This document shows, piece after piece, positions 36,280 to 50,001 of a stretch of 64,000 nt of DNA (positions are counted from its first letter, which is position 1; the number at the start of each line of letters is the position of its first letter). The notes beneath the pieces were generated by a model, which saw only the letters and a list, made by a program, of their open reading frames with translations, made no database searches and was not told the origin of the DNA. The position numbers were made by a program, and so were the translations under genes. This stretch comes from Lophium mytilinum (taxonomy: Eukaryota), in NCBI GenBank assembly GCA_010093605.1, contig MU004181.1, forward strand, positions 3,286,001 through 3,350,000, read 5' to 3'.

Positions 36280-37430
36280 ATGGGAGAATCGAGGTACGCT
36301 TTCCCTAGGCTGCTATCCTGAGCGCCGCCCCGGCTTCCATCGATGCTGTGCGCATTACACACGGGCTGTGGCTAACATACTGGCGTCTATAGGCAGGAGC
36401 TACTTGCCTGGCTGAACAACCTCCTCCAGCTCAACGTCACCAAGGTCGAGCAATGCGGCACCGGGTATGCGCCTTCGTCCTATACCTCTCGCACTCCCAG
36501 TCCTCAGTCCATCGACCGAATATTTGAGAAACACTAGGCTTGGAGCAGACAGCCGCTAATGCTTCGGATTCAGGGCAGCGCTGTGCCAGATCTTCGATAG
36601 CATCTTCTGTAAGCACAGCAGATCTCTGCCAACTACGTCGAAAGCGATGCTGATCTGTCTGTGTCTAGATGATGTACCGATGAGCCGCGTCAAGTTCAAT
36701 GCCAACACCGAATATGCCTACTTGCAGAACTTCAAGATCCTTCAAAGTACGTCGTCTGCGCACCTCCACGAAACTTTCATCACGCTCGCGAAGTCGTCCC
36801 ACAACTACTAACGCCATCTCCACACAGACATATTCACAAAGCATGGCATCGACCGCCCCGTGCCGGTGGAGGCACTGATTAAGTGCAAGATGCAGGACAA
36901 CCTGGAGTTCTTGCAGTGGACAAAGCGTTATTGGGATCAGTACTACCCCGGACACGACTACGACCCTCTGGCACGGCGGAAGGGCGCGGGCGGGCCCCCT
37001 GCGACTGGTGGTCCTGCTCCGCGCGCGGCCGCCGCCTCGAGTACCGCGCGACGTGCCCCAGCTGCCAGCGCGGCGGCACCAAGAACTCGTACGCCTCAAG
37101 GAGGTGCGGCTTCCGCGGCCCTGAAAGAGGAGAACAACGTTCTGAAGGACACGGTGACCGGCCTAGAGCGCGAGCGCGACTTCTACTTCAGCAAGCTCCG
37201 GGACATCGAGCTTCTGATCCAACAGTCGATGGACGCAAACCCAGATCTTGAGAAAGACGACGATGGGCTACTGAAGCAGATCCAGACGATCCTATACTCG
37301 ACCGAGGTACGCGTTTCGCAATCGTTACTTGCGAAATCCTTGGAGGCGATCATGATCACTGACTTTTCTACAGGAAGGCTTCGAGATCCCCGCAGAGGTG
37401 GAGGGAGAGGTCGAGGAAGAGACTTTCTAG
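36280..37430 (+). CDS. BIM1: EB1 microtubule plus-end tracking protein (Bim1/Mal3)
   Basis: MGESR|QELLAWLN, CH domain (KCKMQDNLEFLQW), EBH domain (LERERDFYFSKLRDIE), C-terminal EETF. Multiple introns. Confidence 0.96.
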
Positions 37431-40126
37431 ATGTCGCATAACGTGTGTGTTACAGCGGGGTTCTGCATCTTCCATACGATACCTCTTTCTAGGGCTCTCT
37501 CTTTCCGGGACGAAGTGATGACGATTTGCATGAGCGGGGTTGCCCTTTTTTGACCTTGTTCGTAGGGTGGATGAAGTGGTCTTTGTGGAGGGGAGGCGTG
37601 TGGAAATACCATTTCGTGGTAATCATTCTTGCTCCAAGCTGGTATCTCCTGCGATTGCAACGGTTAGTACATTGCTTGATGGAGAGGAAAAACTCGGCCG
37701 TGGATTTGTATGCAATGCATCATGGTTCTGGATTACTCTCCCCTTCGGTTCAGCCTATGCGAGTGTGCTCGTTGCGTACCTCAACTTCTTAGGGATTGGC
37801 AATCTGTTGGACTAAATTGCTTTCTGATGGATCACCGATTACTAACAAGCTAGGGGAGGGCCATACTTTACGGTCATTTGTTTTGACAGTTCACCTAGCC
37901 GTAGACTGCAAGCCCTGAGGTATTCCCGCGAGACTTGACTCCCCCGCACTCTAGGACCTCGAGCCCCTTGTTCATCCCCACTCCACAGACTTCAGATACG
38001 AGCTGCCTCAGACACCTCCTGCGAGACTCGAGATCTTCTCCCGAAGCTCAAACACCCCCACCTCGTGTGTAAGCTTGTATTCTGTGGATCACCCTTCGAC
38101 AAAGCCCACCATCTGTGCCAGCAGACATGTACCTAGGTAGTTGCCCAAGCTGATCGTCAGCCTTCTGTCAGCCCAATCGGCTTTACCTGGAATTTGAAGA
38201 GATAGATACACCTGTAGACATAGTGACAACGCATCCAGCCATCCATACCGTAAGTTTACTTCAATCGTTCTGTGATCAAGGGGTTTGATTGAGCTGACAG
38301 CCCTATGGAAGATCCGCCCCATAAAGCCTCTATGTCTTGAGTTTACCAATTATATACGTAATATCTACCTCACAGAGCGAAATCTAAACAACGATTAGTC
38401 ATGTCTGCCCGTATACCCCTCAAGAGACGAGTGATATCGCTGGGTATTTGGAGCTTTGAAGTCGTCAAAGCTTGACTGGATTGTGTTGCTAGTGTAACAC
38501 TGCGTCATGCAGCGCAAGTAGCCCAGGTGAGGGATTGATTGCCAGCTATAATACATGAACGGAATCCGGTAGGTTTTACTCCATAGGCGGTACTTAGAAC
38601 TCCTGATTGTAAGTAAGGTTTTGGAATCGCTCCCTACATAGTACAAACTCATATCAGAAGTTACGGCGTCGGCGCTGCGGGAACATAACAGCTGTTATCT
38701 TGGGAGGGCCGTATGAGATTGAGAAAGAACTAGAGACTATTACCGCGACTCAGACTACGTTCAGCGATGCTGTTTCTGCCTCTCAAGGCGAGAACAGAGC
38801 TCGGTAGAATGGGGCAGCTTTGATGCTTTTATTAAATTATGAAGTAAGAAATCACAGAGTTTTGCAGTCTAATCTTGGGATTGAATTTCTCTTCCACGGT
38901 TCTAGAAAGAGGATAGTGCATTTTCATTTGGGGTTCGATATATTATGGATGGTTCTCAGTAGCTAGAAAAGATGCAACTCTTGGTGCCAATGGATCGGAC
39001 AGTCTCATAACAGTGCTTCAAGCTCGTATCAATACACTTTAGCAGTATCAGAGACTAAGAAGCACAACTAGAAGGATCACGTGATGGTGGCAATTGACGC
39101 TAGTAAATGATCCTCTAGATAGATCCCTCTCCTTTGCCGTTCACCCCGCCAAGCTCAAATGCTAGCAGTAGGTCTCTTTGAGCAAGCTAGAGAGTAACTC
39201 AGCCGTCTCGGACAGCGCCCGGCCACCGTCTGAGAAAACCTCGCGATTGAGCGATGGATCGACTAGCTACAGATGTTTATCTGTACCGCGTGACTCTAAC
39301 AATGGTATCTTAGACGCAGAGATTCAGGAGATATCTGGCTTGCTGAGCAACGTGTGCTTTGTAGTATGCATGACGGAGAGCTAGCGGAAGGGATGCATGA
39401 ATTGAATGATGATTTGTTTGATTGGATGGAGTGCAGTACTTCGTATGAAAGGTTGAACAACTTACGGACATAATGTAATCAAGATATCATTACACGCAAA
39501 AGTATTCATTGAAGTCAGAAGATTCCCTATAAAAGGTGTTTCCAGAGTAGTTTGACGCGTCAACCCTATCACGCGGGGCATGAGAAAGGTGGCACCCTCT
39601 TCTTACTTTTGTACCCCTGCTTGTGGTGCTTCAATGCATTTTCAAGATAACAAAGGTGATAGAAACTCTTAACGTTTGGCTACGTGAATATTTGTTAAGA
39701 TACTCCAGGCAGTGGCAGACCGGAGCACCTTCTGTACGAAGTACAATAGCCATAAGAGAGCGTGGAAGATAAGTGGCAATAGAAATTGGCAGTCTATAAA
39801 TTTCTAAGCTTTACCTATTACTTGTACGCTTGTTTAGCACCTTTAGAGGTCCTCCAGTATGCTATTTCTACTCATGAAATACCAGCTTTGGCAAGCCTGA
39901 TAGCTCTTCGGGCGACCTCAGACAGTGTTGAACTGCTGTAGTGTGTCACTCTTTTGCTGCCCAGGTATTAATTGTGGTTTGACGCGTCAGCCCTAGGTAT
40001 CAAGCCGCTGCACAGCCTCACCGGTATGACGAGCATCCTAAGACGCTCTTGAACAGCTCCCTTCCCAGCACAGCTTCACTCAACTCCCCCCTCCAAATCA
40101 CCTTCCAATCAAACTAAACCACCAAA

Positions 40127-40784
40127 ATGGGCCGCTGGACAGACAGAGAATCCGTAAGCCTTTCACCCCAATCCGCGACTACTCGTCTCACAACTGCAGG
40201 ACGAACAACGCCTGCCCGATGGCATGCAGCGCATCGGCTACGACGCCGACACGCAGCGCTACTCATACCGCGACGCAGACGGCTCGCACTGGGAGGGCGA
40301 AGAGGGGAGTCAGTATGGCCAGCTCCATCCAGGTATATCCGCCCCCTCCCACCTCCAGTCCATCGCGCGATGCTAACCCGCGTGCAGCTGGCGCCCGACC
40401 TCAATTGTCGCCGGGGCAGGTAGAAGCACACGTAAGTAACGATATCGTCCCCATTCTACCTTTTAGAAGATTATCTAACATGCTCCGGGGCTCTAGAACG
40501 AGGCCCTCCGCGCCGGTAACCGCCAGGCCTGGCGTTATATGCTCCCCTTCGCCCTCGTCGGCATCGTCTTCCTACTCCTCCTCTTCCGCTTCTTGGACTC
40601 GGGGTCCGCGGCTAAGGTGCTGACCTGCCCACCGAACAACCATCCGTATGAGGTTAGGAAGGGAGATACGTGCTGGGCGATTGCGGAGAAGTTTGGGTTG
40701 GATGTGGAGGGGTTGGTGAAGTTGAATTCAGGGTTGGAGTGTGAGAAGATGTGGGCGGGTAGTAAGGTCTGTGTGCCGGAGTAG
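40127..40784 (+). CDS. Single-TM protein with C-terminal LysM (CBM50) domain
   Basis: RLPDGMQRIGYDADTQRY N-terminal motif, TM LPFALVGIVFLLLLF, LysM YEVRKGDTCWAIA..LN..C..VCVP. Several introns. Confidence 0.85.
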
Positions 40785-42937
40785 AAGCCTGATACGAGGA
40801 GGATATGACGGGAAACTTGGTGTAAAGGTTTGGAGTTTGGGTATTGCTGTCCAGTACTGATGTTAGGCTGGACTGAGCATCAAGGAGAGGCTAACGATTA
40901 TCTGAGGCTGACATCATTATGAGGCAAGTCAGGAACCTTTCAACAGTCAAGAGTACGTTTCTTACCATTCAAAGCTCTTTTTGACTAAACTTTTTGACTT
41001 TCTCTGCTGCCATTGTTTACCCTCTTACATGAATTGCGATTCTTCTTCGATGTTTGTGTATTGCTTCCTCTGCGTGTTGGTATCCTACCTATAGCTAGCT
41101 TTTAGTCGCGGATTATTAGCGTTTCTTGCGTTCTTCTCTCCATCTATCGCATCAACCCCCATCAAGGATCGATTGGAAATCTGCAAGGGGATGACAATAG
41201 GAGCAATCCTGTCGACTTTCAAGGGAAGACGCCTCTCACTCGGTCAAATCTCAATCAGATAGGTGGTTACTACCCCTCCTTCCGCTCTCAAACCTTACAT
41301 CAAGCACGGCGTCACAGAGATGAAGTTCATCTTCTACCAAAGTACTGGAAGTCAAGTACTTTGGTGACCATCGCTACGGCGAAGATTGCAAGCAAGCAGC
41401 TGCGGAGGAATTCTCGGACATGACGTAGTCAACATAGCTTCACCAATTGCCCGCCCATAGATTGGGTCCGAGGCTTGATAAAGTGTACACCACACTAACA
41501 TTATCTCTTGGCGTACCATTCCTCCCAGGCACTTGGTCAGTAGGCTTACTTATCGAGAACATGCAACGATTCAGACCAAGCCACAAGGACTAGAATCGCC
41601 ATTCTCGGCACGAATGGCCACATCACAGAGCGTTGACGAAGGGTCGAGATTACCTCCACAGGTGGACCATGTTACTATTTGCAGTAAGTCTGATCTCCTG
41701 CCCATGCCTTTGAGCGCCAGTATTCACCCGTTTGTGATTCGCGACGGATCTTCTGGACCCTTGACTCCCTTCACTGTTACGAGGTGATACCACATTGACA
41801 CGCTAAGGCCTTCGCGGGTGATAACAGAGACAAGCCTTCAGTGACAGTTTGAAAAGAATGCATAACCATCTTGCTCAGCACGGACGCGACGTGAAGTACC
41901 GAGGCCGTGAGACAAGGCGTTGAACGCCTCTCAGCCTGGGGAACGTTGGATACGGCAGACGGAGCGTGGAAGGCTGGTGAATCCACGGCGGATTGCGGCC
42001 TGTGCGTCCAAGTCGTCGAGGATCGGGGATCGAGACTGAGTGATCGCAACCTGGTTGTAATACATACTTCTGGCCCAATTCTGGGGACGACCAGATCGCC
42101 CGCGACCTTCGGGCCTTTTGATCTACGCTGTCTAGAACTCGCGGAGCTCCTGGTGCCCATCACGCTCCATGTTGTCGATTTTCGCAGGGCGTCTTGAAGA
42201 TCGCAGGCACTGCAGAGGTATGCCGGTGGTTGGTGTTTTCTGCCCCTGGTCGACTACTGCAGGCTCACTGCACGGCTCACTGCTTCGGGCATTGGGTGCT
42301 TTTGCTTTTTCTCTGACTCGCTTCTGTCCCATTATTTTCGAGAGCCGCGTTTCGCCTGGAATTCTGTTCAGCCTCACACGGGCCGTCCCCGTGGCGCCCA
42401 GCCCGTGCATCCCGTGTAAGCTGCAACCATATCACCATCAAGGCCCCCGCGAAGGCTTTTGTGATAGCCTTAAGGCGACCCACGCCTACGATGGGTTGAC
42501 TATCCATACCAGCAGGGGCCCGCATGCTGATTCTGCAACCAGATGTGCACCACGAGAAGGGTGAGCGAGCGAGCTGCATCTCGTTCTTCAACACGCCTGC
42601 AAATGCGCTCAATCCGGAACGTGCGCTTGAGATAATTGGACCGCGGAAGCCCCACTGCATAACGGCAAGCCACAAAATTCCAAGTCCCGCGTCCCCGGAC
42701 GCAAGCCCCAGACCACCTTGCGGTACCTCTTCGGAGACCCATGCCTCTGACAACGGCTCTTATCACTCGATCTTTGCAGAAGCTCGTTTAGAATCCTTGG
42801 TAATGAAGTGACCTCGGGAGGCTGTTGATAGTACAATCGCCGGTACCCAGCAGCTTCTGTTGATGGCAAAACATCAATTGCGACTTCATCGAAAACGCTG
42901 AGCACGGCTATATTTCTCAGACTTCATACTGATCAGT

Positions 42938-44718
42938 ATGGAGGTTCTCTCACTCAACGGGTCTGGAATCTCAGCCCTGTTAGACACGCCGATCTCTGCC
43001 CTGTGTCTGTATTTCGTGGTGCTGATCATAGCATATGTTTGTACAACTACGCAATTGGCGTAGAAACCACATATTGACAATAACTACAGTTCACAATCAT
43101 ATCAATTTATCGAGTCACATTCCATCCTCTGGCAAGATATCCCGGGCCACTTTCATATAAACTCTCCAATTGGCCTCTAATTTTCCAATGCATTGGTGGG
43201 AATCGCCATATCATTCACTTGCAAGACCACGAGAAATACGGTACGCACCAATGCTGAACCTTGTATTATCTCGTACTGATCGCGTAAGGTTCCGTGGTGC
43301 GGATTGGTCCAAATGTGCTATCTTACAACACCGAGACGGCACTCAATGTGATCTATGGTGGGCAAAAGACGAACGTGCGCAAGTCCGAATGGTACAGAAC
43401 CATTGATGCCGGCTCGGGAGCTTTTAGCGCTGCCACTGAGATTGACAAGAAAAAGCATGCTGTGAGAAGGAGATTCATCTCGCACTCCTTCTCCACGGAA
43501 GCACTTCGAAACTCGGAACCCTTCATTCAAGATAACGTTGCGCGATTCTGCGAGAATCTGGCATCAAAAGACGAAAAGACATGGAGCGAGAAGAAGGATA
43601 TGGCTAAGTGGTGCACATGGCTTGGCTTTGACATCATGGGGGCCCTGGCGTTTGGGAGGCCATTCAACTGCCTGGAGTCGGAAGAGAACAGATACATTCC
43701 GACAGCCATTACTTCTGCGAGCAAGTACATGTACTATGTGAGTAATCTCCTGGTCTTTTCTCTTACGGCAGCTTACTCAAGGCAGTTCCCTTTTCTCCCG
43801 GCAGCTTGGCTTCTTGCGCCTATCATGAACAGCAGACTCATGGAGTACGTGGGTGGCCAATCAGTGACGGACAACATTCGTCTCGTCAACTACGCCGCCG
43901 AGCAACTCCAATTCAAGATCGAGCAGGAAAAGGTGGATAAAGAAAAGGGCAAAGCACCTCGAAAGGACATGCTGCACTATCTGTTGAACGCCGAAGACCC
44001 AAAGACAGGACTCAAGCCAACCCCTGAAGAACTGCTTGCAGACAGCGTTCTCTACCTCACAGCGGGCTCCGATACTGTCGCGACTTGCCTTGCTGCGTCC
44101 TTCTTCTATCTCGTGCACAACCCCTCTGCCCTCGCAAAAGTCACCGCCGAGGTCCGCGCAGCTTTCAACTCCCCCGAGGAGATTACTGCAGGCAAGCACA
44201 TCGACAGCCTTGCGTATCTTCACGGTGTCATGGACGAGACAATGCGCCGCTGTCCCCCAAAACCCAGCCACGTTCCTCGCGAAGTCATGCCTGGCGGCAT
44301 CACCATTGACGGCGAGCACATCCCCGCCGGCACTGTCGTCGGCGTGCCAGCCTACGCCATTCATCACAATCCAGACTGCTACCCGGACCCGTGGTCGTTC
44401 AACCCTGAAAGGTGGATCGTGAACGAGGCCGCTGGCGTGAGCGCTGAAAGTGTGGCGTTGACGAACCGCTCATTCTGTCCGTTCAGTCTTGGGATTCGGG
44501 GCTGCATTGGCAAGACGCTGGCGTATATGGAGTATAAGATTACGCTCGCGCACGTGCTGTGGAAGTATGACATCAGGCAGGCTGAGGGCGAGACAGTGGG
44601 GGAGGGGAGCCCGGATTTGGAGCAGGGTAGGCAGCGGGTCGATGAGTATCAAATGGTGGACGTGATAGGGGTCATGCGGAGTGGGCCCATGGTGGAGTTC
44701 AAGCTTGCGCATCATTGA
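42938..44718 (+). CDS. Cytochrome P450 monooxygenase
   Basis: TM anchor then FHPLARYPGP; VRIGPN; I-helix AGSDT; ETMR (ExxR); FNPERW; heme motif PFSLGIRGCIG. Confidence 0.95.
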
Positions 44719-45947
44719 AGATGTATGGAGATGGCGTAGGCGCATGCACTCGCACTTCCCACTCGTCTGGGTACCCTGAAGACGTATAGTAGCGGCATGT
44801 TACCGTCCCATGCAGCTGGATGCATTCACTAGAGAAGACGAAAGAATGGCCGTTATGTAACAGAACATCTCGCGTATTCACTTCCTACTCTGTAACGGCT
44901 TCGAGGCACCACGTCCAACTCGTGGGGTATCATCGGAAGATTACAGCGATCAAACGGCCTGGCCCCGAGCACACATTAAACTTTTCAGGCGTCCCGAATC
45001 CAGCTCCGAGGCCGACCCCAGGCGGAGGATCTGACGTCCCGCCAGGTCCACATCGAACGGTCTCCGCATTAACGTGACTTCACCATGCCGCGATCTACAT
45101 AGTCTGTATGCATCTGCATCACATCAACCCATTCCCTCAACCCATGATCCCGTCCTTCTGCTACCTACATCTCTCGGCTCGCTGACCTCGACATCATTCG
45201 CACCGGTTTCACACCCACAACATACCGCTCGCGACTCACCAACACGGGTGCTCCCGGCACCGTTTGGCCGTGTCAGAGCAGAACCCGGGTCCGGGACTGC
45301 GGCCGCCATCACTGGCGCCCGCCACGCCAAGGCGCCGGTGCACGCTGCAAGCGTCGTGGGTAGCGCGTGGGGTGATGGACTCGAGGTTCCCGAGGGGACC
45401 TCAGCTGAGACGAGACAAGGAAAACGCCACACATGCATCCCGACGCAGTGGTTCGACCGCGATGCGCGCCTGCGCCGTCTGAGTGGCTCGAGGGGGAGCG
45501 GCTCGGGGAATCGGGAGGCACAGGGCGCGGCTTAGTCTGTGAATTGGCGAATCGTGGGATTTCGCGGATCCACGGGCGGCGTTTGGGGCGCGGTGAGGCG
45601 TTCGCTGTAACTGACTGTTTTTGGTAGTGCATGAGATTGGGCTGCAGCGCTGCTGTGGGAGATGCAGGCGGGGACCTGGTTTCTTTGGGGGGTTGGGTGA
45701 TTGAGGTGGTGGGTGACGAGATTCAGTTCTTGCTTTTCTGTCGCTGTGCTGATTGGGCTTGCTTTTCTATCTATCATGGTGCTAATTGACTGGAGGATCT
45801 GCCCTCCGAAACCGGCGAACGAAAGCTGTGAATACGAGGACCGCCAGCCATTTCGCCAGAGTTTAGGTGCGAAATTACAAGAGCTATGTGCGTGCGAGAG
45901 ACGAGACGAAAAGCCACCCATTTTTCATAGTGATTTCCCGCGCTTGC

Positions 45948-47785
45948 TCAATCCTGAACCTTGTCCGGGTCTGTTGGGACGACGAAACGCTTATGCCCGC
46001 TGATGAACCAGTCGCACAATGCAAGGAAAATGACGAACAGCATGATCGGCCCAGCGTAGTTGAAGTTCTTCGCTGTGACGGGGACCATGGCGGGGAAGGG
46101 TAACCAGACGATGCAGAAGAGACACCATACCACGGCGTAGATGTTGATGGCGATGCCGAACTTCCCGAGGCTGAAGGGCCCATAGTGCGGATGCTCGCCT
46201 TGGAGTTTACGAATCAGGAAGAGGAGAATGGGCACGATGTAGGAGATGTAGAGAGCGATGGCGCCTAGGGAGATGACGGCGAAGAAGGCAGACGTGTTGC
46301 CGATTGTGATCAGCCCAATCAGTGCGCAGATGCTCGCCACCAGACCAAGGGCGCGGGTGGGCATGCGGAGGGTGGGGTGGACCTGAGTGTGATGAGATAA
46401 GCGGCTGCAGGTACGACGTAGGTGGTGCGAATACTTACATAGGCAAAGTAGGAGGAGAAAGGCAAGCCGTTGTCGCGAGCAAAGGCCCATACGAGCCGCG
46501 TCACCGAGGCGTACACACTGAAGTTGCAGATCACGGCCGGGACGATGATGAAGCAGGTCAGTGTGGTTGCGCCGGCCAATGAGCCCGTGGCGTTCAGGTA
46601 GATCTGGATGACGGGGTAGCCTGTTGGGCTCAGGAGGGCCTCCATTGGGTCGCCGATGAAGAAGAGTAGGGTCAGAATGAAGCCGAATGCCAGAAACCCG
46701 TTGATGACGACGCCTAGGGCCATGCTGGTAGGTACTTTCTTTGGGGCGTCCTTCATCTCATTGCTCAAATGCAGCACTCCGTCGAATCCTTTCAAGTGGT
46801 CAGTATGAGCGCATCTTCGAGACCTCAGTTGAACATACCGGTAAGAAGAGATGTGCTGGTAAGCAACCCAATACACCACTGCACGCCCTGGTTCTCCCAG
46901 CCACTCAAGCCGTATGAAGAGGAAGTAAAGACATATTCTGCCGAGCTGGGCGTGCCCATAACCGCGAGCGTGACTACAGTGGCGATGAAGAAGGCAAAGT
47001 GGACGATTCCACCGAACATCTCAATCACGACAAGCACTTTCCGCGCGTAGAGGTTCAGAATGACCGTCACGGTGATGAACGCCCACATGAGCAGTGTGAC
47101 GTGCCACAGCTTGGGGATGTAGGTTGGGTTGTTCAGCCCGATCAAGCCTTGGGTCATGGATGCATTGACGTAGGAACCTCCCGCGCAGAGGGCGATCCAG
47201 GCGAACGTCTAGAGGATGTCAGTACGCGTGGGTTTCTAGTGGAACGAGAGAGCTTACGGTCAACCATCCTTGGATCAAACTCCAGAACGCAGGTGTCATG
47301 ATACCCCGGGGGGCGTACAGTCCTGACCATCGATACTGGGCTCCGACCACTGGGGTACTGTAGTGGGGTCAGTGAGCTTCTTTGGTTTTTGCAGCGGTGG
47401 CAGCAGCTCCTTACATTGAGGCCATTTCTCCTAGACTGAGAGCAATGCTGAGGGAGCCAATTGTGGCCATTATGAGGCCGTAGACCAAAGAAGTAGCCCC
47501 GCCATTCAGTAAACCGGCACCGAAGGTGATCCCAATACCTTCCCAGGTAGAGAGAACTGTGAGGCCGAAAGCGACGGCAGGCTTCAGAGTAATATATCTC
47601 TACAATATAGTCAGTGATTGATTGCATTGGGGCGGGTGGATCGAAGGATTGAACGGAGTACACACATCAAGCTCACGGTTCTGGCCGACACTCCCAGAGT
47701 GTCCTGTTCCTCTAGGAATCTCATCGGTCGTACCACTGGCGCCCTCATGGACGGACAGCTCGATGTTCTTGTCGTCGAGAACCAT
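45948..47785 (-). CDS. Amino acid permease (APC/ACT family, choline/GABA-permease-like)
   Basis: GFDGVLHLSNEMKDA, RLVWAFARDNGLPFS, FNYAGP motifs; many TM segments; multi-exon. Confidence 0.9.
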
Positions 47786-48568
47786 GATGAAAGCAAGATA
47801 CTATAGAATGAAGCACTTCGCCAATTGAGCAACGAGCTGCGAAAGAAAGAAGGATAAATGGACAGAAAATTCGACTGAGGGGCTCCACAAGTCACACAGG
47901 TCCCGGTGCAGTGGGCAGTGGTGCACTGGGAATCCGGGAGATATGGGGAAGGAAAAGTAAATAGAGGCGGTCGCACCTATCCTTCTCCAATCTCAGGTGC
48001 ATGCTCGACCCCATCCCCGTGGCGGCTTATCACACACTACGCGAAGGCACTGGGCGAAGCCACTAGCTCTGGAGCTGTGCTTTTGACGGAAACGAGAACC
48101 TACATGCATGGCTGATGCTGGATCAGCTCCCGTCCAGCCCCATCCCGCCCGTCTAGCCAGTGCCCAACGCCCCGGGAGAGGCGATCCTTGCCGTACCGAC
48201 CGAGCCAATACGAGCTGCAGGCCGACGCGAGATCTGACTCGCTAGCATTGATGTGAATGTCCCTGCTGGATGCACCGCAGGTGGGATGCAACTGCACATT
48301 TTCTTGGCTCCTCCCAGCGAGAGAGGCGTCGTGCCGCGTTAAGGAACGGGCAATCCGATCAGGGACAGCCCAGCCAGGAGGGCCTTTCCATGACGCCTCA
48401 TTCTAAGCCCGACGCAGTTGCAAAACATGATGGCGCCGGATCACAGACAATATATCGTCAAGTAGACCCTTGCTTTGACTGCACAGTTGACTCTGGTTGA
48501 ATCGAGCTTCAGATACCTCCTTGCATACCTTTCTCTGCTGTCTTTTTTGTGTTCTGTTCTGTACGACA

Positions 48569-50001
48569 ATGCCCAACCCTCATCACAAGCCGGGCGCCGG
48601 CGTCGTGGCCGTGTCCTACTCACTGATCATCACCACCCTCGCTTTTGCCATTGCCAGGTTTTACACCACTTTTCGACGGAGACAAGGCTTTAAACTTGGC
48701 GACTGGCTCTTTTTGTTTGCAAATGTAAGCTGTCTGTCCTGTCATGAATAGCTGGCATAGCAGAAGAAGCGTATGTGCTGATCGGATCGCCACGACTCGC
48801 AACAGATCATAGGTCTCGCACAGAGCATCGTTCTCGATCGTGCTGTGCAGAATGGCCTCGGCCATCACATTCGCGAGTTGTCACCGCCGCAAGTCGACGC
48901 TTACTTCAAGGTGAGTGCAGAGTCTGCTTGCCATCGTGATCACTCCCGCATTCTTGCAAACACTCAACGCTCGTAGTTCCTCTACATATCGCAACTGCTC
49001 TCAATCATCGTCCAGGGGCTCTCGAAGGCATCAGTCGTTATCCTGATTGGCAAACTTGACAACAACAAGAAGACGAGGCAGCAATGCTACATCATCCACG
49101 GATTGACCGTCTTCTGGATTCTGTTCTCTGTCTTCACCGTCGCTTTTCAGTGCGGTTTCCCCAGCCCATGGGTCTTCAGCAAGTCGAAATGCACAGCTGG
49201 AGGTAACCTGTACTATATCGTTATTGTCTTGAACATCATCACAGATGCCATCATCTCGACGTTTTTCCTCCCCGTGGTGTGGAAGCTGCAGATGTCAAAA
49301 CGGGAGCGAACCAACGTCAGCACCATCTTCGCTTCTCGATTAAGGTATGTTCCTATACCCTCTACTACTCCGCAGATGATAGATGCTAAATGCCCAGTGT
49401 CTGTGCCGCTTCAATCGGCGAATGCGTCGTCCTCGGCCCCTACCTCAACTCCACCGACTTCACCTGTAAGCTCCCAATCCCCAACCACCACCCGTTCTGT
49501 TAAAACCGAATCACCTAACACCCCCCTCCCCCCCCAGTTGAAGCCGTCCCCCCCGCCATCCTCGCCATCGTCGTCATGAACCTCTCCATCCTCACCGCCG
49601 GCATCCCCAACGTGCACCGCTTCCTCGCCGACCTGCAAACCGGCCAAATGGGCACCCGCCTCACCGAAGACCAGATCGAGTCCTCGGGCGCCGGCTCGCG
49701 CCAGCGCTCCTACTTCTCGCGCTCGGGCGGCAAGATCTCGAAGTCCTCGAACAGCGGGCACTCGCTGAAGCTGACGCCCATCACCCGCGGCGCGGTGACG
49801 ACGACGTGCACGACGAATGAGGAGACCGAGAGGCACGGGCGGGAGCGCGACGAGGTGGATGAGGATGGGAGTACGAGCAGTTTGAAGCGGAATGTAGTGA
49901 TGCAGACGCGTGAGATTTCGGTGGATTATGAGAGTAATCCGGATTATAGAGCTGGGGCGAGTGGGGGAGGAAGGGGGCTGGATTTTGGAGGAAGAGCGTG
50001 A
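48569..50001 (+). CDS. PTH11-like (non-CFEM rhodopsin-domain) integral membrane protein
   Basis: DWLFLFA, GLGHH, LSKASV, AFQC..PW, NIITD..LPVVWKLQM..FASR, NLSILTAGIP, followed by a Ser-rich tail. Confidence 0.85.

Noticed and set aside
37902..38871. TAGACTGCAA / TTGCAGTCTA as TIRs of a ~1-kb element
   Set aside because: Only a 10-bp match with weak extension, no TSD and no transposase relic; compatible with chance.
41500..42900. Cluster of short ORFs upstream of the P450
   Set aside because: No domain signatures and mutually overlapping; treated as intergenic.
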